64,000 bases of DNA, from contig JAOTSC010000001.1 in the NCBI GenBank assembly GCA_030247525.1, positions 92-64,091 of the forward strand, written 5' to 3'. The notes under the pieces were generated by a model. The model did no database searches, was not told the origin of the DNA, and saw nothing but the letters and a program-made list of their open reading frames with translations. The DNA comes from a bacterium. GTDB lineage: Bacteria; Electryoneota; JAOADG01. The position numbers and the translations under genes were made by a program. Every line of letters starts with the position of its first letter. Position 1 is the stretch's first letter. Below are positions 29,647 to 38,540 of this stretch, in pieces.

Positions 29647-29818
29647 GGGCGTATAGCATACGCCCTTCCTTACTTGGAGGTTGGACAACCCGCCTTGCGG
29701 CTCACCGTAGGTAATCTTGTCCGACATCTTTCAAAGATCATATGATCTTGTCCGACCAAGAACGGGCTTGGAAGCCCGTAACCACCTGTGTAGGGGCGTA
29801 TTGCATACGCCCTTTTCT
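29647..29818 (+). repeat. structured non-coding element: two near-identical hairpins (GGGCGTAT-NGC-ATACGCCC) flanking ~125 bp that contain a direct repeat, a 16-bp perfect palindrome and a third hairpin; candidate 3'UTR sRNA or REP/MITE-like element
   Basis: Hairpin A at 29647-29665 overlaps the sufU stop. Direct repeat ATCTTGTCCGAC at 29714-29725 and 29745-29756. Palindrome AAGATCATATGATCTT at 29734-29749. Hairpin ACGGGCTT-GG-AAGCCCGT at 29762-29779. Hairpin B at 29794-29812 followed by CTTTTCT. Confidence 0.55.
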
Positions 29819-29829
29819 ACGCCCAATTT

Positions 29830-31965
29830 TTATTTGAGTAACGTCATCTTACCGGTCGCTGTGCAAGTGGTGGTTGTGATGCGATAGTAGTAATTTCCCG
29901 TAGCGAGATTTCCACCATCGAACACCCACTTCCCGACGCCTGCCGGTTGCAATGGCAACAACTCTTCTTTCACTTTTCGTCCTAAAATATCGGTCACCGA
30001 AATCGTAACATCACTCGACTGCGGTAATGAATAGTGAAGCGTGGTAGTGGAGTTGAAGGGGTTGGGTGAAACACCAATATCGATCAACGAAATGAAAGCA
30101 TTCAGAGTCTCATTTTCTTCTATTCCGGATGTAGGTGCGAAAGTCCGATAGATTTGATTACCACAGCTCATGTATAAGTAATCGTCCTGATCCATCATCA
30201 GACGCCAGCAAGAAGGGAATAGTGTTCGAACATTTCCGAACGGATCGGTATACACTTCCGTCGGCAAACCTTCATTGAAAGGATTCCAAGTTACACCCTG
30301 ATCAGTAGAAACTTGTATTCCGTGCTGTCGTTGACTGTAACCGAGAAATATTGCTCCCTCGTGGTTAATAGCAATCGAACTTGAGTTTAAAGGTGCAGCG
30401 CGAAACTGCCAAGTCAGTCCATCATCGGTCGAATAATACACGCGAGAAAAATTGTAAGTCGACAGATAAATCGAACCATCGGGATGCAATGCAAAGCGCC
30501 CACCTCCGGCATAAATCAAGGAGCTCTGCCAGCTATTTCCTTGATCCGAGCTGCGAAGGATGTAATACGAATTATTGAATGTACTGATACCTAAAATCGT
30601 TCCCATTCGTGTGATAACAATGTCATCCACAAGGATATTGCCGACCAAACTCGTTGTATTCATCCAGTTGGTTCCTGACGTTCCCCCACAAAAAATACCT
30701 CCTGCAGCAGATGCCCAATAATTTCCTGTGGTATCTTTGATTAGTCCGGTAAAGTAACCAACACCGTTCACATGAATTGTGTTCCAAGTTGCACCGTGGT
30801 CAGTCGAGCGGTGCATGTAATTCCAGTCGTCTCCAAGTAGCATTAAACCATTTGTTTCGATGTACAGCGCTCTTCCACCCTTATATTCCGGACATCGGCG
30901 ACGCCATGAGTTGGATCCGGGCTGATAGGAGTATAAACCATCCCCATACCCGTTACTACCAAACAGTTCACGATCTGCAGTCATGGTCATCGCAACAAAT
31001 CCAGAAGTAATTCCGTTGACGACACGAGACCAAACAATCGGGTAACCAGATGAACGGTAAATGCCTTCTTCGGTCGAAACAAATAGATTACCGGATTGGC
31101 TTTGGATGAGAGAAAGGCACGATGTTCGATTTAAATTCGTATTAGCCGTGTTCCAAGTACGTCCGGAATCGAGTGAGGTGTAGCAACCAAAGGAATATGT
31201 AGCTACTGTTACGCGACCTAAAGTATCGGAAACGACTCCCCAGATTTCCATATTCAACAACCCTAAGGAAGTCCATTGCATTCCACCATCCGTAGATAAA
31301 AATGCACCGTCTTCCTGACTGGTTGCATAGATTAAATCTCCATTAGAGCTGAACGCCAGTATTCTACCGGTTGTCAATTGTGTAGGTTGCCAGCTCGCTC
31401 CTCGATTCGTGGAACGATAAATCCCATTTTGGCGTGTTCCTGCAAATAAAGTATCGCCTCGATGTCGGTGGAACGAGTAAGTTCCCAATCTGCCGAGGTC
31501 TGGGATTGTATCGAATGTTTGTCCCCAATTCCGGGAATAATGTGTCTGGTTGTTGACACTTGATGCAAACACAAGCGAATCAATACATAAAACGCTTAGA
31601 ACACGTCGAGTCGAATACTGAGTCCAGCTATGTCCATCATCCATTGAACGAAACAAATCTGCTCCCATGCTACCAGCAAAAAGGTAACCACGTTCATTAA
31701 CACCTACTGATAGGATAGAATTGCTCACGCCACCTACGTAAGTCCATTGGTCGCCTTGGTTTGTCGAGCGCCATACACCGGCATTTACACATGCTGCATA
31801 GATATTATGAGAGATAGGATCTTCATACACTTGCTTACAATTTGTGATGTCAGCGCCCGAAATGGGAATCCAAGAGGGTTGTGCGAGTGCAGAAAGTGCA
31901 CCTAAAGTGATGAGGAGTGTTGCTAAACAAGCTATCGTGAGGATTCGGAGAGAAGTGCGAAACAT
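29830..31965 (-). CDS. secreted BNR/Asp-box repeat beta-propeller protein with a T9SS C-terminal sorting domain
   Basis: Signal peptide. At least 8 Asp-box motifs (S-x-D-x-G-x-T/S-W, e.g. STDHGATWN, SSDQGNSWQ, STDQGVTWN). C-terminal ~85 aa match the T9SS type-A CTD (SPNPFNSTTTL...GNYYYRITT...LLK). Confidence 0.8.
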   Translation of the reverse strand: MFRTSLRILTIACLATLLITLGALSALAQPSWIPISGADITNCKQVYEDPISHNIYAACVNAGVWRSTNQGDQWTYVGGVSNSILSVGVNERGYLFAGSMGADLFRSMDDGHSWTQYSTRRVLSVLCIDSLVFASSVNNQTHYSRNWGQTFDTIPDLGRLGTYSFHRHRGDTLFAGTRQNGIYRSTNRGASWQPTQLTTGRILAFSSNGDLIYATSQEDGAFLSTDGGMQWTSLGLLNMEIWGVVSDTLGRVTVATYSFGCYTSLDSGRTWNTANTNLNRTSCLSLIQSQSGNLFVSTEEGIYRSSGYPIVWSRVVNGITSGFVAMTMTADRELFGSNGYGDGLYSYQPGSNSWRRRCPEYKGGRALYIETNGLMLLGDDWNYMHRSTDHGATWNTIHVNGVGYFTGLIKDTTGNYWASAAGGIFCGGTSGTNWMNTTSLVGNILVDDIVITRMGTILGISTFNNSYYILRSSDQGNSWQSSLIYAGGGRFALHPDGSIYLSTYNFSRVYYSTDDGLTWQFRAAPLNSSSIAINHEGAIFLGYSQRQHGIQVSTDQGVTWNPFNEGLPTEVYTDPFGNVRTLFPSCWRLMMDQDDYLYMSCGNQIYRTFAPTSGIEENETLNAFISLIDIGVSPNPFNSTTTLHYSLPQSSDVTISVTDILGRKVKEELLPLQPAGVGKWVFDGGNLATGNYYYRITTTTCTATGKMTLLK

Positions 31966-32165
31966 CGGAGCCTCTATCTTAACAGGCGTTACCAGTCATA
32001 ACAAATCAAAAACATCCAACAAATGGCAAGATAACACCGAAATGTTATCCAAGAAATAAAGAACGGTGTGGGTTACAAACTTCACGCAACAAAAAACCGC
32101 GACAAAAAATGCCGCGGTAATTAGAAAGGGCGAACACCGGTTCGCCGCTCATACTCAAGTTAATG

Positions 32166-32588
32166 TTAGTTGCGCTTCACCGGGGCTTGGAAGATCGTAG
32201 TGTCTTCGGAACCGGTAAAACTCCAACCAGTCATTTCCATCGTCTCGATATCGATCTTCACCATTTTGTCGCGCCCGTAATTCATTGCCGGCGTGCTTTG
32301 TCCGACAATGGTATGAGGCGGATCGCCGTAAATCTCAAAAGTCCAGTGGAGTTTCGTCTCTTTATCGAGCGTCACCCAATTGTTCTTGTACATCAGTTCC
32401 ATCGTAACCGGTTCACCGGCATTGGTGGCAAACTTCTTGTAGCCATTGGCAATATCGGTGAGTGCAGTCCGAATTTCCCGCTTCGCCGCATATCCGGGAT
32501 ACTTATCGGAGATGAACCAGAAGATTACCCCCACCACACAAAGTAAGATCACTAAGGTGAGGATGATTTTCAGGAAGTCATTGGTCAC
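32166..32588 (-). CDS. small single-pass membrane protein, paralog A (unknown function)
   Basis: 140 aa. N-terminal TM helix followed by the conserved FWFISDKYPGYAAKREI motif and a ~100-aa soluble domain. About 45% identical to the adjacent gene. A hairpin plus T-run terminator lies downstream at ~32090-32150. Confidence 0.6.
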   Translation of the reverse strand: MTNDFLKIILTLVILLCVVGVIFWFISDKYPGYAAKREIRTALTDIANGYKKFATNAGEPVTMELMYKNNWVTLDKETKLHWTFEIYGDPPHTIVGQSTPAMNYGRDKMVKIDIETMEMTGWSFTGSEDTTIFQAPVKRN

Positions 32589-32643
32589 AGTCAGCCCTTT
32601 CCGAAATGAATAGGATTCCTCCTATGCAAACCGAACGTTACCC

Positions 32644-33132
32644 CTATTTGGTAACAGGTTCTTTTCCTTCTTGGATTTCGACCCGGCGATAGGCATCGTG
32701 CTTGAGTAAGCCTTCTTTGATGCTGTCGTCGGTCGCTGGGATGCCCCAACCCCATTGTAAACCGGTTTCGATATCCATGTAGACAAACCGGTCGCGTCCG
32801 CCCGGCATTCCCTGCAGCGATTGCGCCACCACTCTATTGGCGGGATCGCCATGCAGCTCGAAGACCCAGTGCGCTTTCACTTCCTTACTGGGAATCACCC
32901 AACCGTTCTTGAAAATGTAATCGATAGTGACCGGTTCGTCGGCGGATTGCGACCATTTGCGATACGAATTGGAGATTTCCAAGAGCGTAATCGACACTTC
33001 CTTTTTCGCCGCATACATCGGAAACTTATCGGAAATGATCCAAAAAATGATGCCGATGAAACAAATCCCAATGACAATTGCAAGAATGATCTTCAGGACT
33101 TCGCTGACACCGTCGGAGCTTAGCGACGACAT
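32644..33132 (-). CDS. small single-pass membrane protein, paralog B (unknown function)
   Basis: 162 aa from MSSLSSDG. TM helix plus the FWIISDKFPMYAAKKEV motif. The 373-aa ORF-track version is an artefactual 5' extension that overlaps the dapL promoter/start. Confidence 0.6.
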   Translation of the reverse strand: MSSLSSDGVSEVLKIILAIVIGICFIGIIFWIISDKFPMYAAKKEVSITLLEISNSYRKWSQSADEPVTIDYIFKNGWVIPSKEVKAHWVFELHGDPANRVVAQSLQGMPGGRDRFVYMDIETGLQWGWGIPATDDSIKEGLLKHDAYRRVEIQEGKEPVTK

Positions 33133-33287
33133 CGTTTCTTTCCTCCTCAGCTTCCCGTATATTATTTCCAAGTCAATACAAAGCAAAATCCGCAGGATTA
33201 ACAACTGTGCAACACCAAGGTAGGCGTCCACTGCTTGCATGATACACAGAAGAGTGGTTCTGTCGCAATATACACGAAGGAGCAGCC

Positions 33288-34445
33288 ATGTCGAAATGGT
33301 CGGAGCGACTGTTACGGCTTCCACCATACCTGTTTGCCGGATTGGAAGCCAAGGCTTCCGAGTTACGAACGAAAGGTGTGGATTTAATCGATTTAGGGAT
33401 CGGCGACCCCGACCTGCCGCCGGTACCGGAATTTGAATCAGCGCTTCGTGATCATTTGCACGACGCCGACGCGCACCTCTATCCAACATCGATGGGCGAT
33501 CCTGCCGTTCGCACCAGTATTGCCCGTTGGGCAAAAATCCGGTTCGGCGTCGAAGTCGATCCTGCTTCGGAAGTATGCGTTTTGCTCGGAGCGAAAGAGG
33601 GCTTGGCGAATCTTGCCCGCGCCTATGTAAACCTCGGCGACCGCGTCGCGGTGCCCGATCCGGCTTATCCGGTCTATGCCAACGGCGCAACCATTTTATG
33701 TGATGGAGTGCCAGTTTCACTTCCGCTCGATGAAACAAAAGGAATGCTTCCAGACCTGTCGACAATTCCTGATGAAGTGCGGATGCTCTATCTCAATTAT
33801 CCGAACAATCCTACCGGCGCAATTGCAACTTCCGAGTTCTTTACCGAGGTTGCACAATGGACGGAAGCGCATCCCGAGTGCGTCGTTGTGCAGGATAATG
33901 CGTACAGCGAATTAACCTTTGCCGGATATCAAGCGCCTGCGCTGTTGCAGCATACCCGTAAAGGCATCGAGTTCTTCTCGCTCTCGAAAGTCGTGAATGC
34001 GACCGGTTACCGTATCGGATGGGCAATCGGCGACCCGGATATCATCCGCGCACTGGTCAAAGTGAAAACCCAACTCGACAGCGGAGCGCCGGTCTTTATC
34101 CAACGTGCCGCCGCCGCCATTTTGGACTACTACACAACCCCGGGACAATTGCCGGACTGCATCGCGCAAAATCTTTCGGTGTATGGCGAGCGTAGAGTAA
34201 CGATGGAAAATGGATTACGGCAACTGGGCATCGAATTTCTCGCAAGCAGTGCCACCTTCTATGTATGGGCGAAAGTACCAAAGGGCTGGGACGATGTAAC
34301 GTTCGTCGATGCTGCGATGGAAAAAGGGGTTATCGTTACGCCGGGACGCGGATTTGGAAAACAAGGCGAGCATCGCATCCGGTTTGCTCTAACCCAACCA
34401 ACCGAGCGAATCATTCAAGCGCTGGCGCGGATTGCAACACTTTGA
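33288..34445 (+). CDS. dapL: LL-diaminopimelate aminotransferase (DapL-type, class I aminotransferase)
   Basis: LPPYLFAGLEAKASELRTKGVDLIDLGIGDPDLPP matches the DapL N-terminal signature. PLP Lys in SLSKVVNATGYRIGWA. NYPNNPTG motif. Confidence 0.75.
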   Translation: MSKWSERLLRLPPYLFAGLEAKASELRTKGVDLIDLGIGDPDLPPVPEFESALRDHLHDADAHLYPTSMGDPAVRTSIARWAKIRFGVEVDPASEVCVLLGAKEGLANLARAYVNLGDRVAVPDPAYPVYANGATILCDGVPVSLPLDETKGMLPDLSTIPDEVRMLYLNYPNNPTGAIATSEFFTEVAQWTEAHPECVVVQDNAYSELTFAGYQAPALLQHTRKGIEFFSLSKVVNATGYRIGWAIGDPDIIRALVKVKTQLDSGAPVFIQRAAAAILDYYTTPGQLPDCIAQNLSVYGERRVTMENGLRQLGIEFLASSATFYVWAKVPKGWDDVTFVDAAMEKGVIVTPGRGFGKQGEHRIRFALTQPTERIIQALARIATL

Positions 34446-34470
34446 TAACAAGTATCGACAAAGAGGCAAC

Positions 34471-36052
34471 GATGACACAAGCAAGACTATTCGTTTCGAT
34501 CCTCATCGTTCTTGGATCGTTATCGGTAACAGTCTCGGCGCTCGCAGTTTCCGACAGCGTGGAGATGATTTCTCAGTTACTAACGGGAGATCCGAATCGC
34601 TCTTTGAAAGCTGCCATGGCACTTAGCCAATTCGCTCCAGACTCGTTAGCGAAGTGGATTACGTCGTTTCGCGAGTATCCGAAACCGGAACGAGCCGGTC
34701 AAATCATGCGGATTACTCATCGATTAAACGATTCTTGCGACGCTCCGGTATTGGTGTATGTACCATCGAAGTACGATCCGAAAATTGCGACGCCGCTCTT
34801 CGTTTATCTGCATGGCGGTGTGAGTCGACCGGCCTTTCCGGCTATCAGCGATTCTGAATTGTTGGAAGACCCGCTTTTGAAACTAAGTGAGCAAAACGGT
34901 TGGTTCTATGTTTTTCCCTTGTCAAGATTCGATTGTGTGTGGTGGAGTCCGGAAGGAGTCGATCACATCCAATGGCTCGTCCGGGAAATGAAACGACGAT
35001 TCCACATCGACGATTCACGAGTATCGATTGGCGGTTTTTCCGATGGCGGGTCGGGTTCTTTCCATATTGCAATGACCTCACCAACCGATTTCGCGAATTT
35101 GTTTCCATGGTCGGGACACATGGCGGTTGGTTCGCTCGATGGGCCGATGCAACAGCACCTCCCGAATATGATGAATCGTCCGTTGTATGCGACCGTTGGC
35201 GGAAAGGATCAATTGTATCCAACCGTTGGAATGCTGCCGATGTTACAGACAGCGCTGAAAGCCGGCGCTAATCTCAACGTTACGGTGTACGATACCGCGA
35301 CTCATAACGACTCGTACTTACTCCATGAATTCGATAAGATATCTCGAATCGTCAATGAGAATCGCCGCGATCCGCTGCGTTCACACATCTACTGGGAAAC
35401 GAGCGATGTGAAATATGGCAAATGCGATTGGTTCACGATTACCGCATTGGATACCACGAAACCACCGGCGGAATGGCATAAGACATACGATTGTATGTTA
35501 GTCGACGACCGCGTCACGGTTGGTTTTCAGGCCGATCAGGAGTGGAAAGGCGAAGGTGTTAAAGTAGGATCGGTAATGTCGGATACAACTTCGGCGGCTT
35601 ACACCGCCGGCTTGCTGAAGGACGATGTGATTATCGCATTGGATGCCTTCGAAGTAAAGTCGATGCGCGATTTATCAAAAGCGCGCAGTACGAAAAAACG
35701 CGGCGATGCTGTGACACTTACTGTGCTCCGAAACGAAAAGAAAGAAGTGCTGCATGGGAAATTCCCGCCGGTGCAGGAGTATGCAGCGTTTCCCCGGAAA
35801 GCAAAATCTGGTGCAGTGAGTGCAATTCGGATTGGGAACCGGTTCGAGATCGAGACTTCAGGTGTAAAGTCCATTGAGATATTGCTGAATCCCGAAATGA
35901 TAAATTTCGATCAACCGGTGGTTATCATTGCCAATGGAATAGCAGTGTTTGATGGGATAGTGAAGAAAGAGAGCAAGCTACTACTCGATCACTTCTTACA
36001 AGATCGTGACCGCGAGTTGCTCTGGTTTGGGCGAGTGACTGTTTCCTTGTAA
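34471..36052 (+). CDS. secreted alpha/beta-hydrolase (esterase/peptidase-like) with C-terminal PDZ domain
   Basis: Signal peptide (MTQARLFVSILIVLGSLSVTVSALA). Hydrolase motifs LFVYLHGG and nucleophile elbow GGFSDGG. PDZ-like segment GVKVGSVMSDTTSAAYTAGLLKDDVIIALDAFEV. A GAGG site precedes the ATG at 34471. Confidence 0.7.
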
Positions 36053-36055
36053 TCG

Positions 36056-36085
36056 AAATGGCGAACCGGATGGTTCGCCATTTTC
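36056..36085. terminator. bidirectional intrinsic terminator between convergent genes
   Basis: 12-bp perfect stem AAATGGCGAACC-GGAT-GGTTCGCCATTT, flanked by an A-run and a T-run. Confidence 0.6.
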
Positions 36086-36112
36086 AAATCGGTGATGATA
36101 CATAAGTAAGTA

Positions 36113-37381
36113 CTAAACCAACTTGATGGTTTGCTCACGTTTCTCGCCGACGCTGATGTATTCCACGGGTACACCGGTGAGTCGCTCTATCCGCTCGACG
36201 TAACGCCGTGCTTCGATTGGCAATCGCGAAAAATTGGTAACATGGGAAATATCTTCCTTCCATCCCGGGAGGTTTTCGTAGACGGGTTTGCATCGTTCCA
36301 GAGTGAATAAATCCATCGGGAAGTAATCGATCACACCATTGGGAGTTTCGTAACCGGTACAGATGGGAATCTGGTTGATACCCGACAAAACGTCGAGTTT
36401 CGTTATCGCCCAACTGGTGATGCCATTCACCCGCGCCGAGTATCTTGCCAATACATTGTCCCACCAACCGCATCGCCGCGCTCTCCCAGTTGTTGAGCCG
36501 AATTCCGCGCCGCGCTTCCGCAATTCGATCCCCATTTCGTCTTTTAGCTCAGTAGGAAATGGTCCGTTACCAACTCGAGTAACATACGCTTTCGCAATTC
36601 CTAATACTTTCTGTAAGTGCCGTGGGCCAACACCCAAGCCAGTCGAAGCACCTCCCGCTATCGGTTCACTGGAAGTGACAAACGGGTACGTGCCGAAATT
36701 GATATCGAGTAGAGTTCCTTGTGCCCCCTCGAAGAGGATTTTTTTGTCCCCGGCAATCTGTTTCTCGAGGAGTAAAGAGACATCAATGATGTACGGTTTC
36801 ATCCGCTCTGCGAGGAGTTGAGTCGATTTCACGATATAGTCGATGTCGAGCGGTGATTCGTTATACAGTTTCTCAAGCAGGAGATTGCGTTGCTCTGTCT
36901 CCGAACGGACTCTCTCCTGTAAATGCTTGGGGTACAGCATGTCCGACATTCGGATACCGTTGCGAGTCGCTTTGTCGGTATAGGCTGGCCCAATACCTCT
37001 GCCAGTTGTTCCAATCGCCGATGTACGTTCTTGGCACTCATCGAGCCGACGATGATAGGGAAGGATTACGTGTGCCCTACCATCGACAAAGAGCCGGTTG
37101 TCGACACGGATGCCGCGTTGTTCCAACCCATCGACTTCACTAAGAAATTTCTCCGGATCGACAACGACACCTGCTCCGAGCAAACATAACGCTGTTGGAT
37201 TCAGAATGCCGGAAGGGATATGGTGGAGGATGTATTTTTCTTCGTCGACAACAACGGTATGACCGGCATTCGGGCCGCCGCCCCACCGTGCGACCACATC
37301 CATCCGACCGGCTAATAAATCAACGATTTTCCCTTTTCCCTCGTCGCCCCATTGAGCGCCGACAATTGTCATCACGGACAT
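36113..37381 (-). CDS. purA: adenylosuccinate synthetase
   Basis: GAQWGDEGKGKIVD P-loop, GGPNAGHTV, TTGRGIGP and the rest of the canonical PurA signature set. Confidence 0.95.
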   Translation of the reverse strand: MSVMTIVGAQWGDEGKGKIVDLLAGRMDVVARWGGGPNAGHTVVVDEEKYILHHIPSGILNPTALCLLGAGVVVDPEKFLSEVDGLEQRGIRVDNRLFVDGRAHVILPYHRRLDECQERTSAIGTTGRGIGPAYTDKATRNGIRMSDMLYPKHLQERVRSETEQRNLLLEKLYNESPLDIDYIVKSTQLLAERMKPYIIDVSLLLEKQIAGDKKILFEGAQGTLLDINFGTYPFVTSSEPIAGGASTGLGVGPRHLQKVLGIAKAYVTRVGNGPFPTELKDEMGIELRKRGAEFGSTTGRARRCGWWDNVLARYSARVNGITSWAITKLDVLSGINQIPICTGYETPNGVIDYFPMDLFTLERCKPVYENLPGWKEDISHVTNFSRLPIEARRYVERIERLTGVPVEYISVGEKREQTIKLV

Positions 37382-37534
37382 AATGTAGTCTCCCCACCTC
37401 GCAAAGCTGTGTCGGAAAGAGTTGTTACTAAAATCACGTAGTTAGAGCGAATCGTCTGACATACGCGTTATGTTGGAACATACAAAAGCCCCAGCGGATG
37501 CCGGGGCAATTGGGAACGGCATTCCGGCTAAGTG

Positions 37535-38506
37535 TTACTTCTTCTGTTTCTTTGCCATCGCCTTGCCAATATCCTTTACACCGGAATCGATGAGGAGTGA
37601 TGACGCGACGAACACCGAAGAGTAAGTACCGAAAACAACACCAAAGAGCAAAGCTACGGCAAAGTCATGAATAACTTGACCGCCGACAAACAGAATAATC
37701 ACTAATGACATCATAACAGTGATCGATGTTAACAAGGTTCTTGACAACGTCTCGTTCACTGATAAATTTACGATATTGGTAAGCGACATCCCCCGGTGTT
37801 TCTTCACATTTTCCCGGATGCGGTCGTAGACCACGATTGTATCATTGATCGAGTAACCAAGTATCGTCAGCAATACCGCAACGATTTGCATCGAGAACTC
37901 GTAACCAAGGAGTACAACAAACCCGGCAGTGATGATGATATCGTGAATCATTGCTAAGGTAGCGCCGACACCGAAAAACCACTCAAACCGCCACCACAAA
38001 TAAATCATGATAAGGAGCGAGGTGACAAGAATCGCATACAACGCTGAGATCATCAATTCTTTGCCGACTTTCGGTCCGACCGATTGAGTCTGTCGCACTT
38101 CCACCGTTACCGGAGCAATCTTCTGGTCGACAACTTTCTCGATGTTGTTAGCGACATCAGCTGTTGCAAAGTCCGATTTCTTTATCCGAATCAAAAGATC
38201 GGCATGCCCTTCGGCATCGGTAATCGTTTTGACTTCGGCATCCTTATAGCCGGCTTCCGTTAAAGCATCGCGGATCGTTTGCTCACCAACGTTTGCTGAA
38301 GGACGTAAGGTTACTTCGATTCCACCGCGGAAATCGATAGAAAGATTTACGCCCTTCACTAACATCAAGCCAATCGAAATGATCAGCAAGGCGCTACTGA
38401 CAAAATATCCCAGCTTCCGTTTGCTCATAAAGTCGATATGAGTTACGGTGAAAAACGTGGTAAATTTAACCCGCGGCGGCACCGCTTTGGTTGTTACTTC
38501 ATTCAT
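37535..38506 (-). CDS. secF: protein translocase subunit SecF
   Basis: 323 aa. LSIDFRGG motif and 6 TM segments in the typical SecF layout. Immediately downstream of secD. Confidence 0.85.
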   Translation of the reverse strand: MNEVTTKAVPPRVKFTTFFTVTHIDFMSKRKLGYFVSSALLIISIGLMLVKGVNLSIDFRGGIEVTLRPSANVGEQTIRDALTEAGYKDAEVKTITDAEGHADLLIRIKKSDFATADVANNIEKVVDQKIAPVTVEVRQTQSVGPKVGKELMISALYAILVTSLLIMIYLWWRFEWFFGVGATLAMIHDIIITAGFVVLLGYEFSMQIVAVLLTILGYSINDTIVVYDRIRENVKKHRGMSLTNIVNLSVNETLSRTLLTSITVMMSLVIILFVGGQVIHDFAVALLFGVVFGTYSSVFVASSLLIDSGVKDIGKAMAKKQKK

Positions 38507-38540
38507 TGTTGGTATCGCTCTGCAAAATTATCGTTACGAA

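Noticed and set aside
29120-29820. Considered whether the repeated hairpins around sufU are a mini CRISPR array
   Set aside because: Only two copies of each palindrome are present. The units are themselves palindromic (CRISPR repeats are at most partially so). The spacing is irregular and no cas genes are nearby. A REP-like element, terminator or sRNA interpretation is preferred.
33133-33765. N-terminal 210-aa extension of ORF 32644..33765 (Arg-rich MSTGLEAF...)
   Set aside because: It overlaps the dapL promoter and start on the opposite strand. Its composition is Arg/Pro-rich nonsense. The homologous paralog defines the true start at 33132 (MSSLSSDG), where the conserved TM region begins.
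34265-34470. 5' extension of the hydrolase-PDZ ORF (MGESTKGLGRCNVRRCC...)
   Set aside because: It overlaps the 3' end of dapL. The signal peptide begins at the internal Met (34471), which has a GAGG ribosome-binding site, so the extension is spurious.
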